A stretch of 32,000 nt of DNA from Candidatus Babelota bacterium (lineage in GTDB: Bacteria > Babelota > Babeliae > Babelales > Vermiphilaceae). Both the position numbers and the translations under genes were made by a program. Location: contig JBDHVY010000001.1 in NCBI GenBank assembly GCA_039809905.1, positions 1 to 32,000 of the forward strand, read 5' to 3'. The notes beneath the pieces were generated by a model. The model did not search any database and was not told the origin of the DNA. It was given only the letters and a program-made list of their open reading frames with translations. Position 1 is the stretch's first letter. The number at the start of each line of letters is the position of its first letter. Shown here piece by piece: positions 15,160 through 23,271 of this stretch.

Positions 15160-15456
15160 ATGAAAAAAATGATACTGATAGCTATTATAGCAGCAACAAC
15201 TGTCTGCCAAGTACATGCAAAACAGCCACAAAATGTGTTTGAAAACAGAATAAAGACAGATTTTAATGCAATAATGAACTCTTCTGCACGAGAACAAAAA
15301 ATGTCACAACAACGCCTGGATAGATCTTGGCCTTATTTTTCATCGTATCAAAAAAAAGACATTCTTTTGCATATGTATGAAGAAGGCGCATTATCTGAAG
15401 ATGATATAGTTAATTGGGATCTGAATCAGATACCACAATTCACTATTGGTGGATAG
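15160..15456 (+). CDS. small secreted protein, paralogue B (98 aa)
   Basis: Same SD and leader as paralogue A (MKKMILIAIIAATTVCQVHA). C-terminus SYQKKDILLHMYEEGALSEDDIVNWDLNQIPQFTIGG. Confidence 0.85.
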   Translation: MKKMILIAIIAATTVCQVHAKQPQNVFENRIKTDFNAIMNSSAREQKMSQQRLDRSWPYFSSYQKKDILLHMYEEGALSEDDIVNWDLNQIPQFTIGG

Positions 15457-15501
15457 TATTGTGACTTGGAATGGATTCAGATTATGATTTTTTTAGATAA
15501 T

Positions 15502-15536
15502 AAAAAAAGGATCTGTAGCTTACAGATCCTTTTTTT
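15502..15536. terminator. bidirectional terminator between paralogue B and ileS
   Basis: AAAAAAAGGATCTGTA (15502-15517) / TACAGATCCTTTTTTT (15521-15536) with a 3-nt loop and A/T runs on both sides. Located between convergent stops at 15456 and 15546. Confidence 0.9.
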
Positions 15537-15545
15537 CATGTTAAT

Positions 15546-18461
15546 TTATCTTACTATCTTTTGACATCTTCTGCACAAATCATCAGGGTCACTTGTTATG
15601 TCCCATTGCCAACAGCGAGGGCATTTTTTCCCCGCTGCATGTTCAACACGAGCAAACAATCCTTGTAATTCCGTTTCTTCGAGATTTGTTGCATCATGGG
15701 CAATGGTACATTGCGAAACAATTAAAAATTCTCGCAAGAAATCTTCAACTGCTTCACCCTTGTCTTCAAGCATTACAAAGAAATCATTTATTTGTTTGTA
15801 ATGTTCTGCTGTTGGGTCAAGATATAAAGTAACTTGTGCTTCCAAGGAATGTTTTACAATGTGTTTTTCACGCTGTAATTCAATTGCTTTAAGCAATGAC
15901 GAACGAACATCTTTGAGTATTTCCCAAACATCTTCTTGCGCATGACGCGATCCAATTTCTTCTACTTTATACATTGTTTCAGTAAATGTGCGACGCCCTA
16001 TTGCATCAGGCTGAGCTACATATTTTCTTTGTGCCAATGTCTCCCAAACATTTTCAACAACAGCAAACTGTTGCAAATGAATGGAATCAGTTTTATTTTT
16101 CTGATATTCATCTGATAATTGCTCGGCTGTAAATGATAAAATTGGTGCCATGAGCTTGGTTAATGTATCAAGAATTGCATAACATACTGTTTGTGCTGAA
16201 CGCCGTGCAATCCCATCATTCTTTTCAACATATAACCTATCTTTAATGATGTCTAAGTAAAATGCGCTCAAAGTAACGGAGCAATAATTACTCAGTAATT
16301 GAGAAACACGTGTAAAATTATATTCATCATATGCCTGAAGAACTTCTTGATTGAGGACAAACAACTCTTGCAACGCATACTGATCAATTACGTGCATTCT
16401 TTCAACTAAAACAGCATCTTTGGATATATCAAAATCATTGATGTTGGAAATTAAGAACCGACACGTATTACGAATCTTTCTAAATACCTCTTGTACATTT
16501 TTTAGCAATACTTCGGAAACAACCGCATCACCAGCATTATCAATTGTTGATGCCCATAGACGCAAACCATCAGTGCCTAATTTTTCAATCATTTCACCAG
16601 GAGATACAACATTGCCTAATGATTTAGACATTTTACGCCCTTGCGCATCAACAGTAAAACCATGAGTTACAATTGTTTTTGTACATGGCGTTTCTTCAAG
16701 AATCATACTTGTCAGCAATGAACTCTGGAACCATCCACGATGCTGATCTTTACCTTCAAGATACATATCAGCAGGATATGCTAGTGCAGGATTTTGTTTG
16801 AGTACTGCATAATGACTAACTCCAGAATCAAACCATACATCAAGAATATCGGTTTCTTTACGGAGACAACCCGTTATACATTGCGGACATGTAGAATTAT
16901 CTACCAATAAATCAACCGATGCAGTATCCCAATATTCTATGCCTTTTTGGGTAACGTGTTGTGCAACATTATCAATGAATTCTTTGTTTGTATGTACATA
17001 ATCGCAACTATCGCAAATTAATGCTGGTATTGGAACCCCCCATTCTCGCTGACGAGAAAGACACCATTCGAGTCTTCCTTCTATAGTTGCTTCAAAACGA
17101 TTATGAGATGCAGCAGGAAGCATAGTAATGCGTGAAACTGCTTGGCATGCATTTTCTTTAAGATTATTTTTTGATAAATCACAAAACCACTGCTTGGTTG
17201 CACGGAATATTAATCCGCCGCGGCAACGCCAGCAATGAGGATAAGAATGCTTAATGCTTGTTTTTAATAATAATGTATTACGATCAAGTAGCTTTTGAAT
17301 TACCCATCCTTGTGCGCTTGCAACAGACATTCCAATAAGCTCAATTGGTTTAATATCACGTGTATAATGCCCATCAGGAGTAATTGGCGAATAAATTTCT
17401 AAGCCGTTCTTTACACCAACTTCATAATCAATAGGCCCAACACCTGGAGCACTATGTACACATGCAGTACCATCATCAGTTGAAACTGAATCATCAACTA
17501 AAACAGGAACAAAAAAATCATCTATAAATGGATGTGCTACTTGTGCCTGTGCATCTATAAGTAATTGTGAATCGAAAGTAATTGCTATATTTGCTTCAAT
17601 ACCAAGTAATTGAGCAACTTTATCAGCGAGAGATTTTCCGACAACAATATAATTATTAGCTGTTTCCAAAATAGCGTATTCAGTATGTGGTTTTAATAAA
17701 ACTGCTCGGTTAAGTGGCAATGTCCATGGTGTTGTTGTCCAGACAAGCAAACTAATTGGCTTATTGTTCAGCTCTGGAAAGAGCTCAATTTGGGTGCTTT
17801 TTTTCAAAGAAAAAAGTACATAAATTGATGGATCCTTGCGATCATTGTATTCAATTTCAGCCGATGCTAAAACTGTTTGGCACGTTGGGCACCAAGGCAC
17901 TGTTTTATTTTTTCGTTCAATATAGCCACGCTCAACGAGCACTCCAAAAGAACGTAAAATATTGGCTTCATAACCAAAATCCATGGTCAAATAAGGATTG
18001 TCCCAATCCATTATTACGCCAAGTTGTTTAAATTCTTGTCGTTGCACATTGATCCATTTATTGGCATATTCACGACATGCTTTTTTTAATGCATCTCCTT
18101 GCAGTTGTGGAGTCTCTTTTTTCACTGCAAATTCAATGGGCAATCCGTGACAATCCCATCCTGGAGTGACGGGAACGTGTTTCCCCATCATGCGCTGGGA
18201 CTTGGTAACAATATCTTTTAAAATCTTGTTATATGCGTGTCCTATGTGCGTATGGCCATTAGCATAGGGAGGACCATCATGTAAAATAAATTTTTCTTGA
18301 CCTTTATGCATATTGAATGCTCGCTGGTACAAATCCTTGCTATTCCAGCGTTCGATCATTTTTGGATCATCTTCCTTATGATTTGGTCGAATTGGAAAAT
18401 CGGTATGAGGCAGATTAAGTGTGTCTTTAAAGCTTTTTTTCTCATTAGTATCTTGGGACAT
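15546..18461 (-). CDS. ileS: isoleucine--tRNA ligase
   Basis: 971 aa. Class I HIGH motif (PYANGHTHIGHAYN), KMSKS motif (RKMSKSLGN), editing-domain insertion, C-terminal CPRCW...CRRC zinc knuckle. Confidence 0.98.
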   Translation of the reverse strand: MSQDTNEKKSFKDTLNLPHTDFPIRPNHKEDDPKMIERWNSKDLYQRAFNMHKGQEKFILHDGPPYANGHTHIGHAYNKILKDIVTKSQRMMGKHVPVTPGWDCHGLPIEFAVKKETPQLQGDALKKACREYANKWINVQRQEFKQLGVIMDWDNPYLTMDFGYEANILRSFGVLVERGYIERKNKTVPWCPTCQTVLASAEIEYNDRKDPSIYVLFSLKKSTQIELFPELNNKPISLLVWTTTPWTLPLNRAVLLKPHTEYAILETANNYIVVGKSLADKVAQLLGIEANIAITFDSQLLIDAQAQVAHPFIDDFFVPVLVDDSVSTDDGTACVHSAPGVGPIDYEVGVKNGLEIYSPITPDGHYTRDIKPIELIGMSVASAQGWVIQKLLDRNTLLLKTSIKHSYPHCWRCRGGLIFRATKQWFCDLSKNNLKENACQAVSRITMLPAASHNRFEATIEGRLEWCLSRQREWGVPIPALICDSCDYVHTNKEFIDNVAQHVTQKGIEYWDTASVDLLVDNSTCPQCITGCLRKETDILDVWFDSGVSHYAVLKQNPALAYPADMYLEGKDQHRGWFQSSLLTSMILEETPCTKTIVTHGFTVDAQGRKMSKSLGNVVSPGEMIEKLGTDGLRLWASTIDNAGDAVVSEVLLKNVQEVFRKIRNTCRFLISNINDFDISKDAVLVERMHVIDQYALQELFVLNQEVLQAYDEYNFTRVSQLLSNYCSVTLSAFYLDIIKDRLYVEKNDGIARRSAQTVCYAILDTLTKLMAPILSFTAEQLSDEYQKNKTDSIHLQQFAVVENVWETLAQRKYVAQPDAIGRRTFTETMYKVEEIGSRHAQEDVWEILKDVRSSLLKAIELQREKHIVKHSLEAQVTLYLDPTAEHYKQINDFFVMLEDKGEAVEDFLREFLIVSQCTIAHDATNLEETELQGLFARVEHAAGKKCPRCWQWDITSDPDDLCRRCQKIVR

Positions 18462-18550
18462 TATTTTTCCTCAGTCATGGAAACGTTTATCTACATAGGT
18501 AGAGAGTATTACTTTTTTTAAAAAAAACAGAGTTTTATTGGCAGAAATAG

Positions 18551-18596
18551 AAAAAAAGAACAGCGGATAAACAAACCTGCGGATTCATTTATCCGC
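18551..18596 (-). promoter_or_regulatory. terminator-like hairpin with competing pairing inside the ileS leader (candidate attenuator)
   Basis: On the minus strand GCGGATAAA (comp. 18596-18588) pairs with TTTATCCGC (comp. 18571-18563) and is followed by TGTTCTTTTTTT. An internal ATCCGC (comp. 18584-18579) can pair with the same GCGGAT instead. About 90 nt upstream of the ileS ATG. Confidence 0.35.
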
Positions 18597-18942
18597 ATAT
18601 AATCGATATACAAAGAAATATGCTATGGGCAAAAAGTGTGACAAAATAATTCAAGAAAGATCCTTTTCTTGTTTTTTGAAATAATATATGTATAAATTAT
18701 ACATTTTTTTTTGAAAATGGACAATAACCATAAAAAATTATATAACTCAAAATGTGATCCATAGGTTATTTAAACCCCATGTTCCACTCCGTTTCACACG
18801 GGGACCCCGGCGTAGAGTAATGAAGCTGGAGAGTGAAATATACAAACTCATAATAATCTTTACATGAGAAAAGGAGTACAATAAAAATATAAATCAAAAA
18901 AAGTAGCCAGAGTAGTTTTGTCTTAAAATAAAAAGGTTTAAA

Positions 18943-20715
18943 ATGTTGCACAAAATCTTCTTAAAACAATCCAGTATCTTGATGGCTGGTGCTACGTTGC
19001 TATCGTTTTCGTCTATCAAATCTGAAAATGATATATTAAGATCAAATCTCTTTGATGTTCGAGATAAAAATATTGGTGTTAATAACAGCCCCAATTCAGA
19101 TCTTAGTAATAGTTGCTTATCTGATTTGGCTGTTACTGGTGATACCGCAACCATTTTCCGTAATTCAGTGGCAGAACCATCCCTTGCTGTTAATCCCTTA
19201 AATAAAAAACAAGTAATAGCTGTATACGAACAAGATATTATAGGCAGCAACGAAATTGGCAATTTGGGTTCTTTAAGCATAGGTATTGCTCGTTCTGAAA
19301 ATGGTGGTAAAACCTGGATTACAAGTGATTCTTTAAACACTCAAATATGCAATGGTGGATTTGCACAAACTGTTGGCAATGCCCGTATCACCTATGCAAA
19401 TAATGGAATAGCATACTTAACTGCTACCTTTGCAAATGTTCAAAACAATCCGAATAACCTTAATCAATCAGGCGTTTTTGTATCACAATCAGAAGATAAT
19501 GGTAAAACATGGAGTTTTCCAATTATTTTGGATGCAAGTTCAAATAACTTAAATGATCAAACAAGTACTTCTCCATTCAGCACTATATCAAATGTTTCTG
19601 TAGATCCTAATAATGCAAATAATGTGTATGTTACTTGGGGACGCACTCCTAATGATGCTTCTTTAAGTTCTAATGCTATTATCAGTTTCTCAAGAGATGG
19701 CGGACTAACGTGGTCAGATAATGCCGTGTTATATAATCCATTTTTAGATACAACATTTGCAGCTATAAATAATGGTATTGCTAACAATATGAGCGTAACT
19801 AATAATACTATTATAACTCAGCCAAATGGTAATGTTTTAAATTTCATGACACGCACCTATGCAGCACCAGGAACAACTAACATGCAATTTGTTAATGATG
19901 TATGGCCATATCAATATCGTTTATTTGATATTGCATTTACCAGCTCAACTGATAATGGAGTAACATTTAATACAAGTGCACGAGTAGTGACGACTATTGA
20001 TGGTAATTCAACATTTACTGGTGGATATACGTATAGTGGTGCTGACATTACTGGTGGCGTTGGTGCACAAATAAGCACCGAAGGAAGCAATCAGTTTTTT
20101 GATGTTGCAATTAATCCAGAAAATGGTTATCTCTATGTAGCTTACCAAACAGGAGAGTTTACTGCTAACCAACTTCCTCAAATCGCTCTTGTTACTTCAC
20201 GCGATGGTGGTTTAACATGGTCTCAACCTGCACGCGTAAGTAGAACACCGGTTAATTCACCAAATCCTCAAGCATTTACCCCAGCTATTGCTATAGCAGA
20301 ATGTGGCGTTGTAGGAGTTCTGTATCAAGATTTCCGTAAATCTAATGTAAGCATTCCCACTACTAATACTAATACCAAAACAAATGTATGGTTTGCTCAG
20401 TATCAAGAAAAAAACAATCCTACTGGCGGTAGCACTGGCATAGGGTTAGATTTTGTTAATGAAGTGCTTGTTTCTAAGCATTCTTATAATATACAAACAG
20501 GACCTGCTGTTGAAGGTGGTATTTTAACTAATGGCAATTTTGCCAGCGTAGATGCTCTTGGTGATGATTTTTATGCCGCATATATTAAAACTAATAATAT
20601 TCAAATCATACCAGCACAACCGCTTGTTGATAATCCTGAAACAGAAACTATTTTGTTACTTGAAAACAATAGAAGAACATCTCCGTTCTTTAGCAGAATA
20701 GATGCAAAACATTAA
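18943..20715 (+). CDS. secreted BNR/Asp-box repeat beta-propeller protein (sialidase-like fold)
   Basis: 590 aa. Five Asp-boxes (S-x-D-x-G-x-T-W/F): SENGGKTW, SEDNGKTW, SRDGGLTW, STDNGVTF, SRDGGLTW. Leader MLHKIFLKQSSILMAGATLLSFSS. No clear FRIP catalytic motif seen (only IFRNS). Confidence 0.85.
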   Translation: MLHKIFLKQSSILMAGATLLSFSSIKSENDILRSNLFDVRDKNIGVNNSPNSDLSNSCLSDLAVTGDTATIFRNSVAEPSLAVNPLNKKQVIAVYEQDIIGSNEIGNLGSLSIGIARSENGGKTWITSDSLNTQICNGGFAQTVGNARITYANNGIAYLTATFANVQNNPNNLNQSGVFVSQSEDNGKTWSFPIILDASSNNLNDQTSTSPFSTISNVSVDPNNANNVYVTWGRTPNDASLSSNAIISFSRDGGLTWSDNAVLYNPFLDTTFAAINNGIANNMSVTNNTIITQPNGNVLNFMTRTYAAPGTTNMQFVNDVWPYQYRLFDIAFTSSTDNGVTFNTSARVVTTIDGNSTFTGGYTYSGADITGGVGAQISTEGSNQFFDVAINPENGYLYVAYQTGEFTANQLPQIALVTSRDGGLTWSQPARVSRTPVNSPNPQAFTPAIAIAECGVVGVLYQDFRKSNVSIPTTNTNTKTNVWFAQYQEKNNPTGGSTGIGLDFVNEVLVSKHSYNIQTGPAVEGGILTNGNFASVDALGDDFYAAYIKTNNIQIIPAQPLVDNPETETILLLENNRRTSPFFSRIDAKH

Positions 20716-20732
20716 TTATATAAGTAAGCAAT

Positions 20733-20767
20733 AAAAAAAGGGCTCCAAAAATGGGGCCCTTTTTTTA
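20733..20767 (+). terminator. rho-independent terminator
   Basis: AAAAAAAGGGCTCC / GGGGCCCTTTTTTT hairpin (one G-U pair) followed by a T-run, 18 nt after the stop. Confidence 0.85.
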
Positions 20768-20850
20768 TTGCTTTTTGCTTTCTGATTGTTTTATATTCAT
20801 GTTGAAATAATTTTCAAGGTGTCACAGATAAAAAACAAGGATTATTTTAT

Positions 20851-21714
20851 ATGAAAAGAACATGGCATTATCTCATCATTATTTCTTTGATGGGAACCAT
20901 AATGGCACTAGAAGCAATGCTTACTACACAACAAGTAGCCAGAAGAGCTCCATCACAAACAGGTCGTCGTTTGATTTCAACAACTCCAGTTATGGCAGCA
21001 AAAAAACAACCAAAAGACAATACGCAAAACTTAAAAACACCCGGTGCCCCTAAAATAAAAAAATCTAAAACATTTGATAATTTAAGCGATAATTCCAATA
21101 ATCCAACGACTGTTTCTCAACCTCGCAAATCATCATGGTTATATCGTCTTTTTTTTGGTAAACCAATAGAAGAATCAAGAAGTGAATTAAGCGATCTTAT
21201 CGCTATGCCTACATTTAACAAAAATAATGTAGAAGAGGGAATAACATTAGTTAAAGAAATTAATTCAAAAAATCCAGCATATTTGAATGATAGCGGATTA
21301 CTTGATGAAATAGTACTTACAAGTTTTAATCTTCCGATTTTTTCAGAAAAACAAACTAATCTGATAACCTTAGCCAATTTTGTGGAAAGTCGTGATGGTC
21401 GTTTTAATAAAAGTATCGAATCATATATTGATCGTTATGAAAATTTAGTAGAAAGAGTATATCCACGATTACTGAGTGCAAAATTCAACAAAAAAGATCC
21501 TGTGGCGATAAAGCCTCGTTACAAAGCTGCTAAGCAGGTGATATTTATAGAAAATTTTTTTGATAGTCTTGATCAATTTTTAGGTAAATTTGTTCAAAAT
21601 GATTCGCAATTGTCAAAAAAACTAAAAGACATAACCAAAAAAAGAACGGTATTAAAAGAAGCCTTTATGAGAAAGGATGAAAAAAAGAAAAACGAAAGAT
21701 TAGCTACTGAATAA
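20851..21714 (+). CDS. secreted hypothetical protein (287 aa)
   Basis: AAGGA SD. Leader MKRTWHYLIIISLMGTIMALEA|ML, followed by a basic/polar low-complexity stretch. No recognisable domain. Confidence 0.8.
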   Translation: MKRTWHYLIIISLMGTIMALEAMLTTQQVARRAPSQTGRRLISTTPVMAAKKQPKDNTQNLKTPGAPKIKKSKTFDNLSDNSNNPTTVSQPRKSSWLYRLFFGKPIEESRSELSDLIAMPTFNKNNVEEGITLVKEINSKNPAYLNDSGLLDEIVLTSFNLPIFSEKQTNLITLANFVESRDGRFNKSIESYIDRYENLVERVYPRLLSAKFNKKDPVAIKPRYKAAKQVIFIENFFDSLDQFLGKFVQNDSQLSKKLKDITKKRTVLKEAFMRKDEKKKNERLATE

Positions 21715-21730
21715 AAGATTGTTAGTTAAG

Positions 21731-21762
21731 AAAAAGAACAGGCCGTAGCCTGTTCTTTTTTT
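21731..21762. terminator. bidirectional terminator between convergent genes
   Basis: AAAAAGAACAGGC (21731-21743) / GCCTGTTCTTTTT (21748-21760) with a CGTA loop. Confidence 0.9.
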
Positions 21763-21764
21763 GG

Positions 21765-21953
21765 TTATTCGATTGGCGGCATTGGAGGACGTTTTCCACG
21801 AAAAACACTACTAATAAGGGATAAAATAAACAATACTATGAATATGAAGAATAATATTTTTGCGATATCCATAGACATGCCTTCTACCGTGTAAAATCCA
21901 AAGTAGCCAGCAATGATTGAAAGAATAAGAAACGTAATAACTAAATGCAACAT
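21765..21953 (-). CDS. UPF0391/DUF1328-family small membrane protein
   Basis: 62 aa with two hydrophobic helices. MLHLVITFLILSIIAGYFGF...DIAKILFFIFIVLFILSLI resembles YtjA-type proteins. AAGGAG SD. Confidence 0.75.
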   Translation of the reverse strand: MLHLVITFLILSIIAGYFGFYTVEGMSMDIAKILFFIFIVLFILSLISSVFRGKRPPMPPIE

Positions 21954-22059
21954 GCAACACTCCTTAAAAATAATAAAATTTGTATAACAACTAACATAAA
22001 ACTAAAACAAAACAATAAGCAATTTTTTCTTAATGATAATTCATTATGAGAAAATACTT

Positions 22060-23106
22060 TCAACCTAGGCGCACTTTAGAAAAAAACTTTTTCGTTCGGG
22101 ACTTATTAATCTGTTCGTTTTTTGCTAATTCTGCTAACTCTTTTACTGTTTTTGCTCCATTCTTGAGTAATATTTCCTCAATTTTCTTAACAAAATCTTC
22201 ACCATATTTACTTTCGAGCAATTTCTTTTCTCCCTCAAACACATCTCGAACTGTTCTGACCACCACTGTTTCAATTTCAGGGTTCATCATCATCACAAAA
22301 CCATCCATAGTTTCGATTGCTTGTATGTTTTCTTGGTTTATATCACAAAGTTCACTGGCGATCAGTGAGTTGAATGATGGTAAACTTCCACAGAGTAAAG
22401 CCTGTATGATGAGAGAAGCTCCATTGTTTTTAATATAAGACTGTGTCTTTTCATGATTAATAAATACATCAAGCGTTTGTGTATCGTTATTATTTATTAC
22501 AACATTAAGCCCATGTAACAACGAGGTATCATCTGAAAGATTTTCTGGAAATTCGATAAGAGCTTTTTTAACACGTTCATTATTTCGCGATATACATCCA
22601 ATTAAAAATGGATTAATCGTGCATTCAGAAGGATCTCCCATACATCTGTGTTTTATGAAATGTTTTTTTAACGAACACATCCTTTCATTCTTAAGGTCAA
22701 TAATTTCATAAGGATAAACTGCATAATTAGTCCCAGGGATTCTGTACCATCTATGATTAACAGCACTATTACTACTCAAAATTTGTGCAATCTCATAGTT
22801 ACTATCATATAAAGCCGTAATCAAAATGCTTTTATAATCTCTTTTGTATACATATGGATTATTACAATCAATAAAACCAAGAGATGGCTGACAGAACGAA
22901 AAAAAGATACTTAATTGTTTTGACGTTTTACGTAATACATTGATTTCTTTAGGATGAAGCAATGCAAAAATAATTTTGCGCTCATCAGCACGCTCTTGAA
23001 GTAATAAACTATCCAATACACCACTTGGCTTATCCATTGAAAAAGAAACAGCAGTCATTAAAAGTGCTAATGACTGCTGTTTTAGTAACGAAAAAAATAA
23101 ATTCAT
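22060..23106 (-). CDS. F-box-like protein with degenerate ankyrin-like repeats, paralogue 1
   Basis: 348 aa. AAAGGAAAG SD. Leader ...LALLMTAVSFS|MD. F-box-like ERKIIFALLHPKEINVLRKTSKQL. C-terminal NPFLIGCISRNNERVKKAL / LLHGLNVVINNNDTQTLDVFI helical repeats align with paralogue 2. Confidence 0.7.
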   Translation of the reverse strand: MNLFFSLLKQQSLALLMTAVSFSMDKPSGVLDSLLLQERADERKIIFALLHPKEINVLRKTSKQLSIFFSFCQPSLGFIDCNNPYVYKRDYKSILITALYDSNYEIAQILSSNSAVNHRWYRIPGTNYAVYPYEIIDLKNERMCSLKKHFIKHRCMGDPSECTINPFLIGCISRNNERVKKALIEFPENLSDDTSLLHGLNVVINNNDTQTLDVFINHEKTQSYIKNNGASLIIQALLCGSLPSFNSLIASELCDINQENIQAIETMDGFVMMMNPEIETVVVRTVRDVFEGEKKLLESKYGEDFVKKIEEILLKNGAKTVKELAELAKNEQINKSRTKKFFSKVRLG

Positions 23107-23271
23107 AACTTTCCTTTTGCTTTATACCATTTTTTTTCAAAAACATATATTTAAGCATAAAAACAAAACAGAAAAGTTTATATATTTTTTCTTAATGATA
23201 AATCATTTTAAATTTTCTTTATTTCTTTTTTTGTTTTACATAATAAGCAAAAGCATTATGCGACGACTTTT

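Larger units (their letters stand above)
14642..15673. repeat. tandem segmental duplication (two units of ~485 and ~540 bp): small secreted-protein gene + terminator + ileS 3' end
   Basis: AGGGAGACGT(G/A)TCATGAAAAAAATGATACTGATAGCTATTATAGCAGCAACAACTG occurs at both 14685 and 15146. The junction word CTTGTAA recurs at 14642, 15126 and 15662. The ileS 3'-end sequence is repeated at 15042-15138. Confidence 0.85.

Noticed and set aside
15085-15297. 70-aa minus-strand ORF ending ...ELQELFTFVEHAAGKR
   Set aside because: It is a chimera of the ileS-tail relic and the antisense of small paralogue B, so it is a duplication by-product and not a gene.
18462-18942. T-box riboswitch upstream of ileS
   Set aside because: The best T-box-like word (GGAGTGGAACATGG, minus strand near 18780) matches only about 9/14 of AGGGUGGUACCGCG and lies about 230 nt from the terminator-like hairpin rather than overlapping it. 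No specifier-loop context was identifiable.
22024-23210. Shared ~20-nt word TTTTTTCTTAATGATAA(T/A)TCATT downstream of both F-box-like genes (22024-22047 and 23185-23210)
   Set aside because: It is most simply a remnant of the duplication that produced the paralogues. The AT-only palindrome TAATGA/TCATTA is too weak to call a terminator or operator, and no T-run follows on the coding strand.
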